From: Octopus sinensis
Taxonomy: Eukaryota
Direction: 5' to 3'
Length of the DNA: 64,000 nt
Assembly: GCF_006345805.1 (NCBI RefSeq)
Contig: NC_043001.1
Location: 109,740,001 to 109,804,000 of the forward strand
In this document: piece after piece, positions 39,951 through 52,882 of the stretch
Position numbering within the stretch: the first letter of the stretch is position 1
Layout: every line of letters starts with the position of its first letter
Program-made: the position numbers and the translations under genes
The notes under the pieces: model-generated
The model's input: the letters and a program-made list of their open reading frames with translations, nothing else
Told to the model about the DNA's origin: nothing
The model's database searches: none

Positions 39951-40678
39951 GTATGTAGCATGCCTTGTTTCAGTGTAAAACTTTATGCAGGTAGCATTCT
40001 AGAGAAAATAGCTGACAGAGGTTGTGTACAAAGTATGATGTATGTTGTCGGCGGGGAAACCAATAGGAGGTGATTCGAGTACATTGATCTATTTTAGTTG
40101 GTGTAGGTAGATTGTTGGACACTTCAAAGAAGCAAAATATTGTAGTATAGATATATTTGATAATTTCCTTTCAACTTCCTTTTCCCCAATATATTTTCAT
40201 TGACTAGACCTTTTCTTCATGTAATTTATAAATATTTAATTTTCTTATGAATTGTCTGTCGTTAATATTTAATGCATACATTTTAGTTATGTATTCGTCT
40301 CCACATTGTCTCAATACAAAGGCTAGCTCATTTTCTCCTTCTAAACAAGTTTTTCGAGAACAATATTTTAAACTAGGACAGAGTATATGAATTACGTTAT
40401 TTTTAGAATTTTCTGGTACTAAAAGACACTTTAAATATTCTATGCCTCGCGTATATAATATTTGTTGTCGTCTATTGTGGTCTTGTTTTATTACTTTTTC
40501 TCCATCCTGACTATATATATATAACTTATTCATTCTTGCATTATTCAAGCAATTTCTTAACTTATGTTTATATAGTTTTGCATTTTAGCACAATAATGTA
40601 CCATAAGAGGTAGCACACAAATTTTCAGATGATCGAAGTAGGTCAATGTGTTGATTCTATAATGTTAAAATAACATTT

Positions 40679-41348
40679 GGATCTTTACCTTTTGACCTAC
40701 AGATTTTAAAATAATTTTTTGTAACTAAACACTTTCAAACTTCGGACACTGGTAGAATGTGTCATATAAAACATCTTTTACTCTTAGCATTTTTGAGAAA
40801 AAAACTTATATTTACGAAGTTATTTCACGTTAAAGTTGTAGTATTTGGATAATTTCAACCAATCAATGACGTGTATTCAGCTGAATAAAATTACTGCTGT
40901 GGTTTGTCAACAACAACTATCAGTGGTGTATGTTTCGTTTGTCAATGTTATTTATGACATCGTTCGTGCATTTGTACTGGATTTAGCTTTAAGGTTTTAG
41001 GGTTAGGTTTTCAGGGTTAGGGTTAGGTTTTTAAGGTTTGGGTCTTAGGGTCAGGTTTTGGGTTTTAGGGTTAAGGTTTTAGTGTTAAGATCAGGCGAAA
41101 AATATACCGCCGGAAGTTGTTATTGACAAACAATGGCAGTAATTTTAGCTGAATACACGTTATTGATTGGTTAAAATTACCGAAATACGACAACTTTAAC
41201 ACGAAATAACTTCGTAAATAAAAACCTTTCTCAAAAACACTAAGAGTAAAAGATGTTTTATATGACACATTCTACCATTGTCCGAAGTTTGAAAGTGTTT
41301 AGTTACAAAAAATTATTTTTTTAATCTGTAGGTCAAAAGGCAAAATCC
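40679..41348. mobile_element. MITE with about 235-bp TIRs and a degenerate (TTAGGG)-like core
   Basis: Arms about 40679-40918 and 41112-41348 are complementary (ggatctttaccttttgacctacag / ctgtaggtcaaaaggcaaaatcc). Core at 40989-41090. Confidence 0.9.
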
Positions 41349-41651
41349 TAGCATTTCTCTTTTACGTGATTGAGAATCATCAATAATTCGAAGTTCAAAA
41401 TTAACTAACAATAATGTGCTTTTTAACTGAAATCATTCCTACGTCTTTCAAAAATACACTTATAAAAAATGATTTATGTCACTGTAACAAATATTTAATG
41501 AACGCAAAATGCTTTCCTCGTGGCACTTATATAAAACCCTTATTCAAATAATCTTCTTCGATTCTTTTCGTCAATGTCTTCTATTTTCCTCTGTAATATT
41601 TAGCATTCTGTTGCCTAGGAATCGTAACAATTGTTCTTATGAAATGTACTA

Positions 41652-41808
41652 GGAGTGGCTATGTGGTACGTAGCTTGCTTACCAACCACACTGTTCCGGG
41701 TTCAGTCTCACTGCGTGGCACCTTGGACAAGTGTCTTCTACTATACCCTTGGGCCGACCAAAGCCTTGTGAATGGATTTGGTAGACGGAAACTGAAAGAA
41801 GCCAGTCG
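41652..41808 (+). mobile_element. SINE family B head
   Basis: ggagtggctatgtggtacgtagc..gaaagaagccagtcg. Confidence 0.9.
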
Positions 41809-41850
41809 TATATATATGTATATATATGTCTGTATATATATATATGTGTG

Positions 41851-41912
<62 letters not shown>

Positions 41913-41924
41913 ATTTATATACCT

Positions 41925-42845
41925 TTTGGACTATTACCAATTTGGTAATAGTACAATGGATAGAGATCTGGTGAATTAGGTAACTAAAAAGTTAGGGATT
42001 ATGTGTTCATGAAAATTTTCAGCCATCTATTTCTGTGTTACTAGAGCCATGTGTGATAGTGCAGAATCCTACTGAAACACATATGACCTTCCATTGTATA
42101 CACTGTCTATACAAGGCATAACAATTATTTCCAGGATCTCAATGTAAAAGTTAACCCTAAGGTCTTGTGGAAAGAAGTAAGGAGGCATCACATGTCCTGC
42201 ATTGCTGACACCCCCTAAAATCATGATAGTTGCAGGAAATTTTGTATGCATAACACTTGGAACTTCAGAAGAGATTGCACATAACCATCTGTCATTTCTT
42301 CTGTTAACATTTTTTCTCGTTTGAGAAAAAAACAAATCAAATCTTCTTCTGCTGGAATTTTCAGTTTGCTTAAGAGCCTTTTAGATCTGATGCAGTGATT
42401 TTCTTTTGCTTTTTCTGACAAATTGACTTTTCATCATCATCTAAGACAACATTTCCGACTGTTTCTTCTGACAAATGGAGATTCTTTGCAATTGACCTCA
42501 TGGACTTTCTGAGATTGTGATCAATGGTTTGTTGAACTTGTTGGATAAATTCAAGTGTTCTGATGATTTCAGAGCGTTTAGAATGCTTTTTATGTTTTTT
42601 ATACTTGTGATACGTTCGAACTTCAGTCTCTACCTCCTTACAAGATCTGGCAACTTTCAAAAATTGTGATGTTTCTAAATCGCTATGCTCAGCCTTTATA
42701 ACCACAATAACAGCATGCCTCTCCATTTCTTGTGTAAGCTGTGGGTCTGCTATTATAATTTCCTGAAACAAGGATTATACAGAGTTAGCAAAAAATGCAG
42801 AAACGACTGAAAAAAGGCATGTCCTCAAATACCTTTAGCACCCAC
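41925..42845 (-). mobile_element. Decayed maT/DD37D-like Tc1/mariner transposase
   Basis: ORF pieces ..RKSMRSIAKNLHLSEETV.., MSEKAKENHCIRSKRLLSKLK, TKFPATIMILGGVSNAGHVMPPYFFPQDLRVN..YVFQ*DSA. Related to 2375-3270. Confidence 0.85.
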
Positions 42846-42858
42846 TCTCTCTCTCTCA

Positions 42859-42894
<36 letters not shown>

Positions 42895-43015
42895 ATATAT
42901 ATATGATTATATACATACATGACTGCGTGTTTTGAAAATGCGAGTGTGGTTTTTAGACGAAGACTATCTCAGTGAAATGAGTAATCATATTGTTTACAGT
43001 GTAACCTACAAGGAA

Positions 43016-43054
<39 letters not shown>

Positions 43055-43816
43055 TTTATACATGTGCTCGTGTCTATGTATTAGTAAGATTGTGCGTGTG
43101 TGTGTTTGTGTATGTGTATAATGCTACATTATTAATAAATCATTCATTTTTTTTTACGCTGTATTCTTCACCAAGACTTTTGATAAATGATCTTTTACGA
43201 TCACAAGGAAAAAGAAGTGTTACATTTGACGTCATATGATCTTATGTGTCAGATTATATCTATTTTTGCTTTCAAATTTTACACAATATTTTTTTTCGAC
43301 TGCGTTGACGTTTTTAGATATATTCGGTTTGTAAGGTTCATATATTTTTTTTTTATTTTCAGTATCACTAAGAATCTTTGTTATGATTTCTATTTGACAC
43401 AGTCACATTTTAACCATATTGGACGTCTGAAATATTCGCAATATCCCTACCTGATAAATATTATTTCACCCTTCGTGACCTTGTATTTATAGAAATGAGC
43501 CGTGGAACTATTGAATAATATTATATTAATAGTTTATCAAATGCGATTATTATAAGACTTCACTGAAATTTAATGAGTTATGTATATAAGTGATACAAAT
43601 ACAACTTCTTCGTGGATTAAAACACTGATGATCTATAATCGATTATTCTACATTTATTTACCTTTATTTCGCTCTCATCAGAGATATCAATATCATTGTA
43701 CCAGTTGCATAGAAATAAAAAGGCAATCTGTTTATATAGACAATAAATCCAGTAGCTTCAAAGAAAAGGGGCTACTAATTTGCATATCATAAGTTTTGAA
43801 CGCATTAATTAATACC

Positions 43817-44050
43817 TATTTGGTTACTACCCACAAGGGGCTAAAAATAGAGAGGACAAACAAGGACAGACAAACGGATTAAGTCGATTACATCGACCCC
43901 ATTGCGTAACTGGTACTTAATTTATCCACCCCGAAAGGATGAGAGGCAAAGTCGACTTCGGCGGAATTTGAACTCAGAACCCTAGCGGCAGACAAAATAC
44001 GGCTACGCATGTCGCCCGGCGTGCTAACGTTTCTGCCAGCTCGCCGCTTT
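43817..44050 (-). mobile_element. SINE family A monomer with 16-bp TSD
   Basis: cgcattaattaatacc at 43801-43816 and 44051-44066. Confidence 0.92.
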
Positions 44051-44509
44051 CGCATTAATTAATACCAGTGACTTGGAAGGTTATAGCAGTTATATTTTCG
44101 GCAGAACCATGGTATACTAAATGGTATCTTTTTGGAATAGTAATTATAGATACGGCTTAATTAGTACCATAATATATGCTATTAGTACTTTATGATTGCT
44201 GTCCATATTATATGCATTTGACTCATAGCATAAACGTTTACAGTGAAGTTATTCATTTCCTAGTAATTTATAAAGTACCTTCTGATATTGTTTCTGAACA
44301 TCTGTGCCGTTATATATAATTGCTGCTCACGATATCGTAGCTTGCCATATACTACTTTTCTAAACTTAATCTGAAGCCTAATGCCTATGTGAATTTAATA
44401 GAAGTAACTTCTTTGCTGAAACAACACGCGAACACATACACTTCTCCCTTTTCATCTGCGCTTACGTGTAAGTGTATGCATTTGAAAGAATATTATCTGT
44501 TTTACTGTC

Positions 44510-44568
44510 AGCGTGTGCATATATACATATATGCATATATGCATATATATATATATATTATATGTATA

Positions 44569-44627
<59 letters not shown>

Positions 44628-44628
44628 G

Positions 44629-44661
<33 letters not shown>

Positions 44662-44902
44662 GTATATATGTATGTATATATGTATGCATATATATATATA
44701 TATGTATATGTATATATATATATGTATGTATATATATGTATATATGTATGTATATATGTATGCATATATATATATATATGTATATATATACATATATGTA
44801 TATATATATATATATTATATATATATATGTATATATATATATACATATATGTATATATATAATATATGTATATATATATGTATATATATGCATATACATA
44901 TG

Positions 44903-44935
<33 letters not shown>

Positions 44936-45065
44936 GTATATATATTATATATATATATATGTATATATATTATATATATATATAATATATATGTATATAT
45001 ATATATACATATATATGTATATATATATGTATATATATATATATGTGTGTGTGCGTGTGTATGTG

Positions 45066-45131
<66 letters not shown>

Positions 45132-45160
45132 TATGTATGTGTGTGTGTATGCATATATAT
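44510..45160. repeat. Long compound (TA)n/(TG)n microsatellite
   Basis: Direct sequence; source of the 157-246 aa Y/I ORFs. Confidence 0.97.
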
Positions 45161-46317
45161 TTTTAAGTCTGCGTTTCTGACATTTGCGAAAATGTCAGAA
45201 ACGCAGACTTAAAAATATGAAATATTAAATGCAAACTCTTATATTTCTGAATACTAATATACCTTCATTATAATATGCTTTGACTTGAGTTTTCTGCTTT
45301 TTATCATAAACTGGATTCCTTTTATTTTATTACGTTGTAGGCGTCCGACATTAAGTCTCGTACTACTATGTGTTAATTTTAAATACATTGATATCAAACG
45401 GATTATATTTAGTCTTGGGTAACACCAAAAACGAGGTGGATTTTATATGTTTGCTGCAAATCGCCTATACGATAACAAATGCTTTCAGCCAGTGAATTTT
45501 ATTGGTGTTTTCAATTTCAAGATACCTTAATGTTTTTGGAAATGTCACGTGATAGGAGGTTACATAATGAATTTATTTAAATTAAGGAACTAAAACATGA
45601 ATAAAATAGACTTACTCTTAGAATTTAGTGGCAGCAAACTGAAGATGACATCAGCATACTCTACTGAGTAACCTGATGTCATCTGGGAACTATTCCTGAA
45701 ACCAAAAAAAAAGTGGACAGGGACTTGTCAATCATAAATTTGCAATTAGCTAATCTATATTTGCATTTCAAGAGTATCCCTTTGCACAGAGTATGCATAT
45801 GCCATCTATGAAACGAACGATCGTGCTTAGATCTTAGAAGTACCTACTTTTGTGTCCTGCATGGCTTCATATAGAAACTGTCGACTTCTTTACAGTGGTG
45901 TCTGAAGTTAACTCTATGTTAAGGCGTTTGATTGACGCGTGAATTTACGATGTGGTTTATTACTCAGACATTTAAGGCAGAATGGCCCATTTTGGAACAG
46001 TGACAATCAGTAATACACCAATCGGTTATGCTCAATGACAATAATCACATGTGTTTATACAACTAAATATTGCATTGCATATAAAGGAACAAAACACTTT
46101 CCAATGAAATATCTTGAGCTTCAGACACAGTGATATCAATATCTTTTCTCTAGTGGAGGAGGGCGTATGGTGTTGAAAAACCCGAAATGCTCGATGATTC
46201 CAGGCACATCGCTGAAAATCCATCCAGAGGCACCAGTCATTGATGTATGCACACAATGAAATGTGATTAATTAATGGAGACGATTTAATATATCCAAAAC
46301 TCAAGAAGAATGTTCAC

Positions 46318-46605
46318 TATTTACATAATTTACATTATCTACATTTGACGGATATTTGTCCTCATCTTGTTTGTTGTTAACACAAATTTCGACTGATATA
46401 CCCTCCAAACTTCATCGGGTGTCTTGGGGAAATTTCGAACCTGGATTCTCATTCATAATGTATTTTTCGATCTTGTTGTTGTTGTTGTTGTTGTTATTAT
46501 TATTATTCAGGTCACTGCCTGGAATCGAACGCGGAATCTTGGGGTTAGTAGCCCGTGCTCTTAACCACTACGCCATATGCCTGTAGTGGTTAGGAGCACG
46601 GGCTA

Positions 46606-46653
<48 letters not shown>

Positions 46654-46820
46654 CAACAACAACAACATTGAAAATTACCTTAGGAATGAGAACCCAGGTT
46701 CGAAATTTCCCCAAGATACCTGATGAATGTTGGAGGGTATATCAGCCGAAACATTGCGTTAACAACAAACAAGATGAGGACAAATATCTGTCAAATGTAG
46801 ATAATGTAAATAATGTACAT
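46318..46820. mobile_element. Palindromic element: tRNA-like head, (TAA/CAA)n, hammerhead-like tail, present in both orientations
   Basis: Outer arms about 46318-46510 and 46605-46820 are complementary. Central 24-bp arms at 46548-46571 and 46583-46606. A box and B box on the minus strand. ctgatga..gaaac at 46720-46752. Confidence 0.75.
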
Positions 46821-47485
46821 ATTTCCTCATCTCTTAAATATAGAACTGTATGAAGAAAAATGTGTTCAGTGTAATAATTTTTCTGAATTACATAATGCCT
46901 GTCACTTAACCAAATGACCGTGTAATTAAAGATGTTGAATAACTTGTGATCCTATTTTATGCTTAGATATGTCTTTCTTATACCTTACAGATTTATGATC
47001 AGCGCCTTTTTAACCTCGAAAGTAACAAATTATTGGAAGGCATTTTCTCAAGTGTTCTTTTGCTCACACGTATATTTAACTAAAACCTTAATATTATTGC
47101 AGTCATTGCAACATAGAGGTTATTGACTGAGTAGAAATAGGGGAAATAAATTGTATATTTGTTCTTGGCTGATAATATGAATAATGAAATTATCACACGT
47201 GGAATAACTCGCTTTCACCTACGCACGTTCACTATGTGGCTTGAGGAAATTTCAGAATAACTATATAATAATACTAAAGACATGTTCATTAAAATATTTT
47301 AATTTTGATCACGATGTTTCTTTGTAAAATATCTCAGAATGAATATTAAATTTCCGAATAGATTCCCCATAGCTCACTTTCAATATCACTTACAAAAGAT
47401 GACTGATTCTTGTGTCACGTATTACTGGCGCTTTCTAGATTTTACACGTAAGATTTTACATAAGATGGTGGAATTTAAAATAATA

Positions 47486-48100
47486 AACAAGAGCACTCAG
47501 GGAGCGCGAACCTTCGCCAAAGCAACACCAACGTTCTCTCAACGATTTGCCAGAGATGCTTTTTAAAATGAGAATATCCGGAAAGGAGGTATTTGTCAGA
47601 GGGTGAGTTTAAAAAACGATGGGTGCGCGTAGCACGCATGTAGGGAGTGAAAGGCCCTGCCTGACCACGCTTGTGAGACTAACAGTAAGTCGGTGTTAAA
47701 GACAGGGCTCGTGGGGTCGGGGCATACCTGTTTCAAACACCTCATTTTTTAAATTTATTGTTTGTAATTTGTTGTTTGTAATTTATTGTTTGTAATTTAC
47801 TGTTTGTAATTTATTGTGTTGTAATTCATTCGACTTCATTATGCACGTAAAATGTTATGATAACATCCGTCTGTATGTCACGCCGATCATGTTGCGTTGT
47901 CCCCTTTACGTTGGCCCGCATGTGTAATAGAAAAAAACCGATCCCAAAATATAATCAGTTCGTGCCAGTCATGAGACCAAACCCCCCTGAACGCTTCATT
48001 CGAATCCATCCAATAATTATTTAGATATCTTGTCCACGGACAAACAAACAAAGGAACATGACTAAAAACAATACCTCGACCGTCACTAAGACGGAGGTAA
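47486..48100 (+). mobile_element. Non-autonomous Helitron/Helentron-like element
   Basis: 5' aacaagagcactcagggagcgcgaaccttcgcc; internal 14-bp tandem (aatttattgtttgt, about 5 copies); 3' acctc..gaggtaa hairpin preceded by acaaacaaac. The architecture is recalled, not database-checked. Confidence 0.5.
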
Positions 48101-50059
48101 CAAATATTATATCTAAACACATATATAAAAATTTATTGACATTTCTAATGCAAATCGTAAGGAAAATAAAGCTATAATGAAGACCATATAATTAACTTCG
48201 ATACACCTACTTAATGTAGCTACACAAAATCAAAAATAATTAAAATTAATTAGCCATTCATATTCAGGCAAACGTAAAAATCTCTTAAATATAAATTGAT
48301 TAAAAATTAAGTGCTGATTTAAAATGAATGGTGAATGTAATCTTGGTTAATTATGGAATGACGTTTCAGCTTCGTTAGTCGCCATCTGCGTGGTAAAGCC
48401 TTAAACTCATTTATTATATCTTATAAAAGTTTCGAGAGGATAGAGATGTTTCCGTTGACAATGTTCAAATGTTTACAACATTTGCACACAACTCAATTTT
48501 TTATGTAGATGATAAGTAAGCCCGAATCTTTTATTTACCTGTATCGTCGAAGCTGAAAGGACATTACAATAAAAAAAAAACGAAAATGAGGAAAGGTTTC
48601 TTCTGAGAATTGAGTATAGCAAAAAAAAAAAAAAAAAATCAGGCCTCAAAAACAAATACTTTAAAAAGTTTCAAGAGATCAATCACAGGAATAATGAAAT
48701 GCGATCATTTAATTATTTTCAATATAGAAATATCCATCAAATTGGGAAAACAATCGAATCGTTTACAGATAAATACACAATCATTAAAACATTTGTTAAC
48801 ATAATTCGTTGTTTGACGATGTGTAAATTTTCCTGGTTTTGTTATAACTTATTTAAATGCTTTTAGAAAATCGCTTCAGAACATTGACATACTGATTAAA
48901 TGATTACATATGTATATAATGCGGCGGGTAAACGGTTGCCGTCAAAATATATGAAGAAGTACTTTGGTGCAAATAGTTTGTGTGTTTACTGTAGTTGTAA
49001 AAATCGACTGATGATTAATGGCTAAATGAATATATGATACTACAGTACTTACATACATCACATTTTATTTTTTGATGGTTTTCTTGGCGAACACTTCAAC
49101 GCATAATTTTAGACATGTCAAAAAGACGAAGAACTAACATAAAATCCACCTATGTATTCGGAGAGAACAGGATATATTTTTGAGTAAATACATTCTTCAA
49201 AGTATCTTGTTTGAATATATGTCTCTTTTAAGAAAGTAAAGAAAATCAATCGAATCTTTTAAACATAGTGTTATGGCTACAAATAATTTTGAGATTCTGT
49301 AAAATCACGTTAAAATATTTGACTACATCTTATTTTAAGAATATGTTGACACCTATATGAATATCGTTGTAAGAAATTCAATAAATAAAAACATTTAAAT
49401 AGAAAAATAAATGAATAAAAAGAGAAAGAAGACAAAATATTCTGTTACTTTTAGAAATCGAAATACAGAACTGTATTTGAGAAAACTTTGTGCCAAACGT
49501 TTGTACTTATATATTGGCAATTTTTATATAGAATTTAATGTGAAATTTGGCAGTAGTTCCTTATAGGCTAGTATTTCGTATATTACAGTTACATGCTATC
49601 ATTCAAAAGCATTGACTCTTATTTTAACTCGTTTACATGTTTGAAGAAATTATATTAAAATGTGAGAGGCAACATTCCGAACTGCATTGGAGTGCAGGGT
49701 GACAATAAAACGAAATATCTAATCCGGTATGTTATGCGGGCACAGGTATGTGTTCATAGTTTCACTGGAGAGATATCTTCCTAAGCGAGATGTATAAGTT
49801 CAATTATTGCCTATATTTATAGGCTTCTCGTGAAAAAGAAAAGGATTAAACAACTGATATATTGCGTCTTTTAAATGTGCTTTCTCTTCAATGTGATGGC
49901 GCTAGCTGGAAGAACCGTTAAAGTACCATAAATGATATTTCCGCTATTGCATCCTGAACTGTACCTTATTTTTTCAAATCCTGTGCAGGATAAATAAAAT
50001 TAAATACATTTCCAGTACGGGGACGATTATATCGTCTGATCTTCCCGATTTTCACATAT

Positions 50060-50458
50060 GCTGGTCTTGTACCTAATCAAAAACATTTATTCTGTTTTAC
50101 ATGGAGAGTGCTTTCTGTAGTATATGGGTTGTACCCATCAAGGTTATCTTTTGTAGTCTACAGAGATTAGAATTACCAGGCAATTGCCTAATATAATTCT
50201 CAGCTTCCTTCTTTATCATTCCCAACGCACTAATTACTCATGGTAGTATCGTAGTAATAAGCTTCCACATTTTTGTGATTTCAGTTAGTTGATCTTTCTA
50301 GTGAGAAAGCTTTTCGTATTCTTTTCTTGAGACGTTTTGATATTGTGGGACAGACATACCTATTAACAGACAAGTTCCTCTACTATATCCCTTGTTTATA
50401 ATATCTGGTCGATTGGAGTCAAATTTTCTTTCTGTGTGTACAGGGAAGTTCCAAAGGA
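50060..50458 (-). mobile_element. R4/Dong-like LINE 3' fragment 1
   Basis: ILWNFPVHTERKFDSNRPDII..LIGMSVP..KEYEKLS..ALGMIKK..LQKITLMGTTHILQKALSM*. Confidence 0.85.
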
Positions 50459-50497
50459 TTATTATTATTATCATTATTATTATTATTATTATTATTA

Positions 50498-50544
<47 letters not shown>

Positions 50545-52145
50545 TAGTTTTATTTTTATAGCGTGCTTTCACTTCACTACCGAGCGCAGCTCTGTGTGCC
50601 TTGGGTATGTGCTGTGATTTGTTGTGATGCTCTGTATTGCAATTTTCTGTATGTTATATGTGTGTTTAAGTCCTGGCGTTTTTGTTGTGTATTTGTCTGA
50701 ATATTTTTTTTATAATGCCTAATGCACCTACTATGATAGGAATTGTTTCTGTTTTCAGATTCCACATTCTGGTTACCTCTATTTCCAGGTCTTTGTATTT
50801 TAAAAGTTTCTCCATTTCTTTTAGAGACACGTTGTCATCTGCCGGTATTCATACATCAATTAGAAAGCATTTTTTTTCTTCGCGATCTCTGACAACTATA
50901 TCTTAATTGGCCTTAATTTCTCTATCTGTGTATATCGGCATATCCCAGAGTATGGTTGCTTTCTCGTTTTCTGTGACCTTTTCTGGTGTGTGCCTATACC
51001 ATCTTTTTTCTGTTGTTATTCCATAATGTTGGCATAGCTTCCAGTGTATGTAGGTTCCAACTCTGTCATGTCTGTGAATATATTCCTTCTTAGCCAGGAC
51101 TGGGCAGCCAGAGATAATATGATTTATTGTTTCTTGTTCATCTCCACATATTCTGCAGTTACTTGTTATATTTCTTTTCATTACATGTTTTTGGTAATTT
51201 CTGGTGGGGAGGCTTTGGTCTTGTGCTGCAATTAAAAATCCCTCTGTCTCTGCTTTGAGTCCTGAGCTTCTCAACCATTTCTTGGATCTTTCTTTGTCTA
51301 TTTCTTTTGCGTTTAGTTTAGTCCAGTATTTACCATGAAGGGGCTTTTCTTGCCATCGTTTTATCATGGTTCGTTGCTGTTCTATTTTTAGTTTGGATTT
51401 CATTTGTTTTATAGCTTTTGTTGTTTCTTCTTCTTCTTCTTCTTCTTCTTCTTCTTCTTCTTCTTCTTCTTCTTCTTCTTCTTCTTCTTCTTCTCTTTCT
51501 TCATATTTGTTAGGTGGTATGATTTCTTGTTTGTATTTGTCAGCTTCCTTAAATACTGAGAACAGTTTTTTGTTTTGCTCGTGTTTTGCCGCTATTTGTA
51601 TCAGTTTTCCTTCCTTCTGAAGTAGATATTTTTGCAGTCCTATGGTGGTTATTTTATAGTAGTTTTCCAGCTGTATAAGGCCTCCACCACCATCTATACG
51701 TTGTATATATAGCCTTTCTATGCCAGATTTTGGGTGATGCATCCTAGATCCTGTCATTATTTTTCTTGCTTTCATATCTATTTTGGTCAGTTCATTTAGT
51801 ATCCAGTTAAGGATATTGTAGCTGTAAATTATAACTGGGACGGCTAAAGTGTTGATACCTATTATCTTGTTTTTAGCATTGAGCTCTGTTTTTAGTGTTG
51901 ATCTAACTCGTCTATAATATTCTTTTTTTTATTTGCTCTTTCATTTGTGTGTGTTGTGTCTTATCTAGTTCATGGATTCCTAAGTATTTGTAAGTTTGGC
52001 TTTGGTCTAATTCTTTTATTTCATTGGTTTTATCTAGTGTGATATTGCTACTCTTAACTAGTTTTCCTCTTTTCAGGGTTACTTTGGCGCATTTCTCTAA
52101 TCCAAATTTCATATCTATTTCTTTGTTAAATCCATGAACGGTCTG
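50545..52145 (-). mobile_element. R4/Dong-like LINE, 5'-truncated (end of RT, CCHC knuckle, RLE nuclease)
   Basis: MKFGLEKCAKV..YKYLGI; WLRSSGLKAETEGFLIAAQDQSLPTRNY; CRICGDEQETINHIISGC..RHD; NRPDIVVRD..CFLIDV. Frameshifts and stops present; TAA repeats on both sides. Confidence 0.95.
51425..51495. repeat. (TTC)n microsatellite inside the LINE ORF
   Basis: In frame on the minus strand as poly-Glu. Confidence 0.95.
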
Positions 52146-52148
52146 TTT

Positions 52149-52207
<59 letters not shown>

Positions 52208-52224
52208 CATCATTATCATTATTA

Positions 52225-52735
52225 TTATTTCTTACTTATTGTCTTTGCACAACTTCTAACGCTGGAGATGTACTGTGCAGAAAGCTGTTCACTACCAGCG
52301 AACTAAGGTAACACCTCGTATCTTTCAGGCACTTTCCGGAGTAGTCGAGCGGTTCCAAGCAGTGCTGTTTTCTGCAAAGGCTCCACTCATATTGCAGCCT
52401 CTATTTCTTCCATGTAGTTCTCGAGATTTTTACTCACTGTTTCCAGGGCTCCGACAGTTTTTGGTACTACTGCCACCTATTTCATCGACCTCAACTGCTT
52501 TACCTCCCAAGCTAACCTGTCATACCTATCGAATTTTCTTTCTTTCTTTTATCGCATACCTTGTTGTCAGCTGGGTATGCTATGTCTATGATCCAGTATC
52601 GTTTGCTTTCTTTCTCAATTAATACTATGTCTGGCTCCTATTTTCTATCTCATGGTGGTGCTGAATCATAAAATCCCACAGGATCTTTGCCGTCGGGTTT
52701 GTGGTCATACCATTTTTTCCTCTGTCAAGACCATA
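52225..52735 (-). mobile_element. R4/Dong-like LINE 3' fragment 3
   Basis: KWYDHKP..KILWDFMIQ..PDIVLIEKESKRYWIIDIAYPADNKV..VGALETVSKNL..LQKTALLGTARLLRKV. Confidence 0.88.
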
Positions 52736-52797
<62 letters not shown>

Positions 52798-52820
52798 TAT
52801 TGTTATTATTGTTGTTGTCG

Positions 52821-52882
<62 letters not shown>

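Noticed and set aside
40989-41090. True telomere or chromosome-fusion scar
   Set aside because: Short, degenerate, single orientation, and enclosed by MITE TIRs.
44389-45212. Long Y/I/H/C-rich ORFs here and at 3210-3544, 12411-12764, 32647-33119 and 58628-59553
   Set aside because: They are translations of (TA)n, (TG)n and (CA)n microsatellites.
46510-46581. Functional tRNA gene
   Set aside because: A and B boxes are present but the acceptor stem does not pair, and it is embedded in a repeat. Treated as a SINE-type head.
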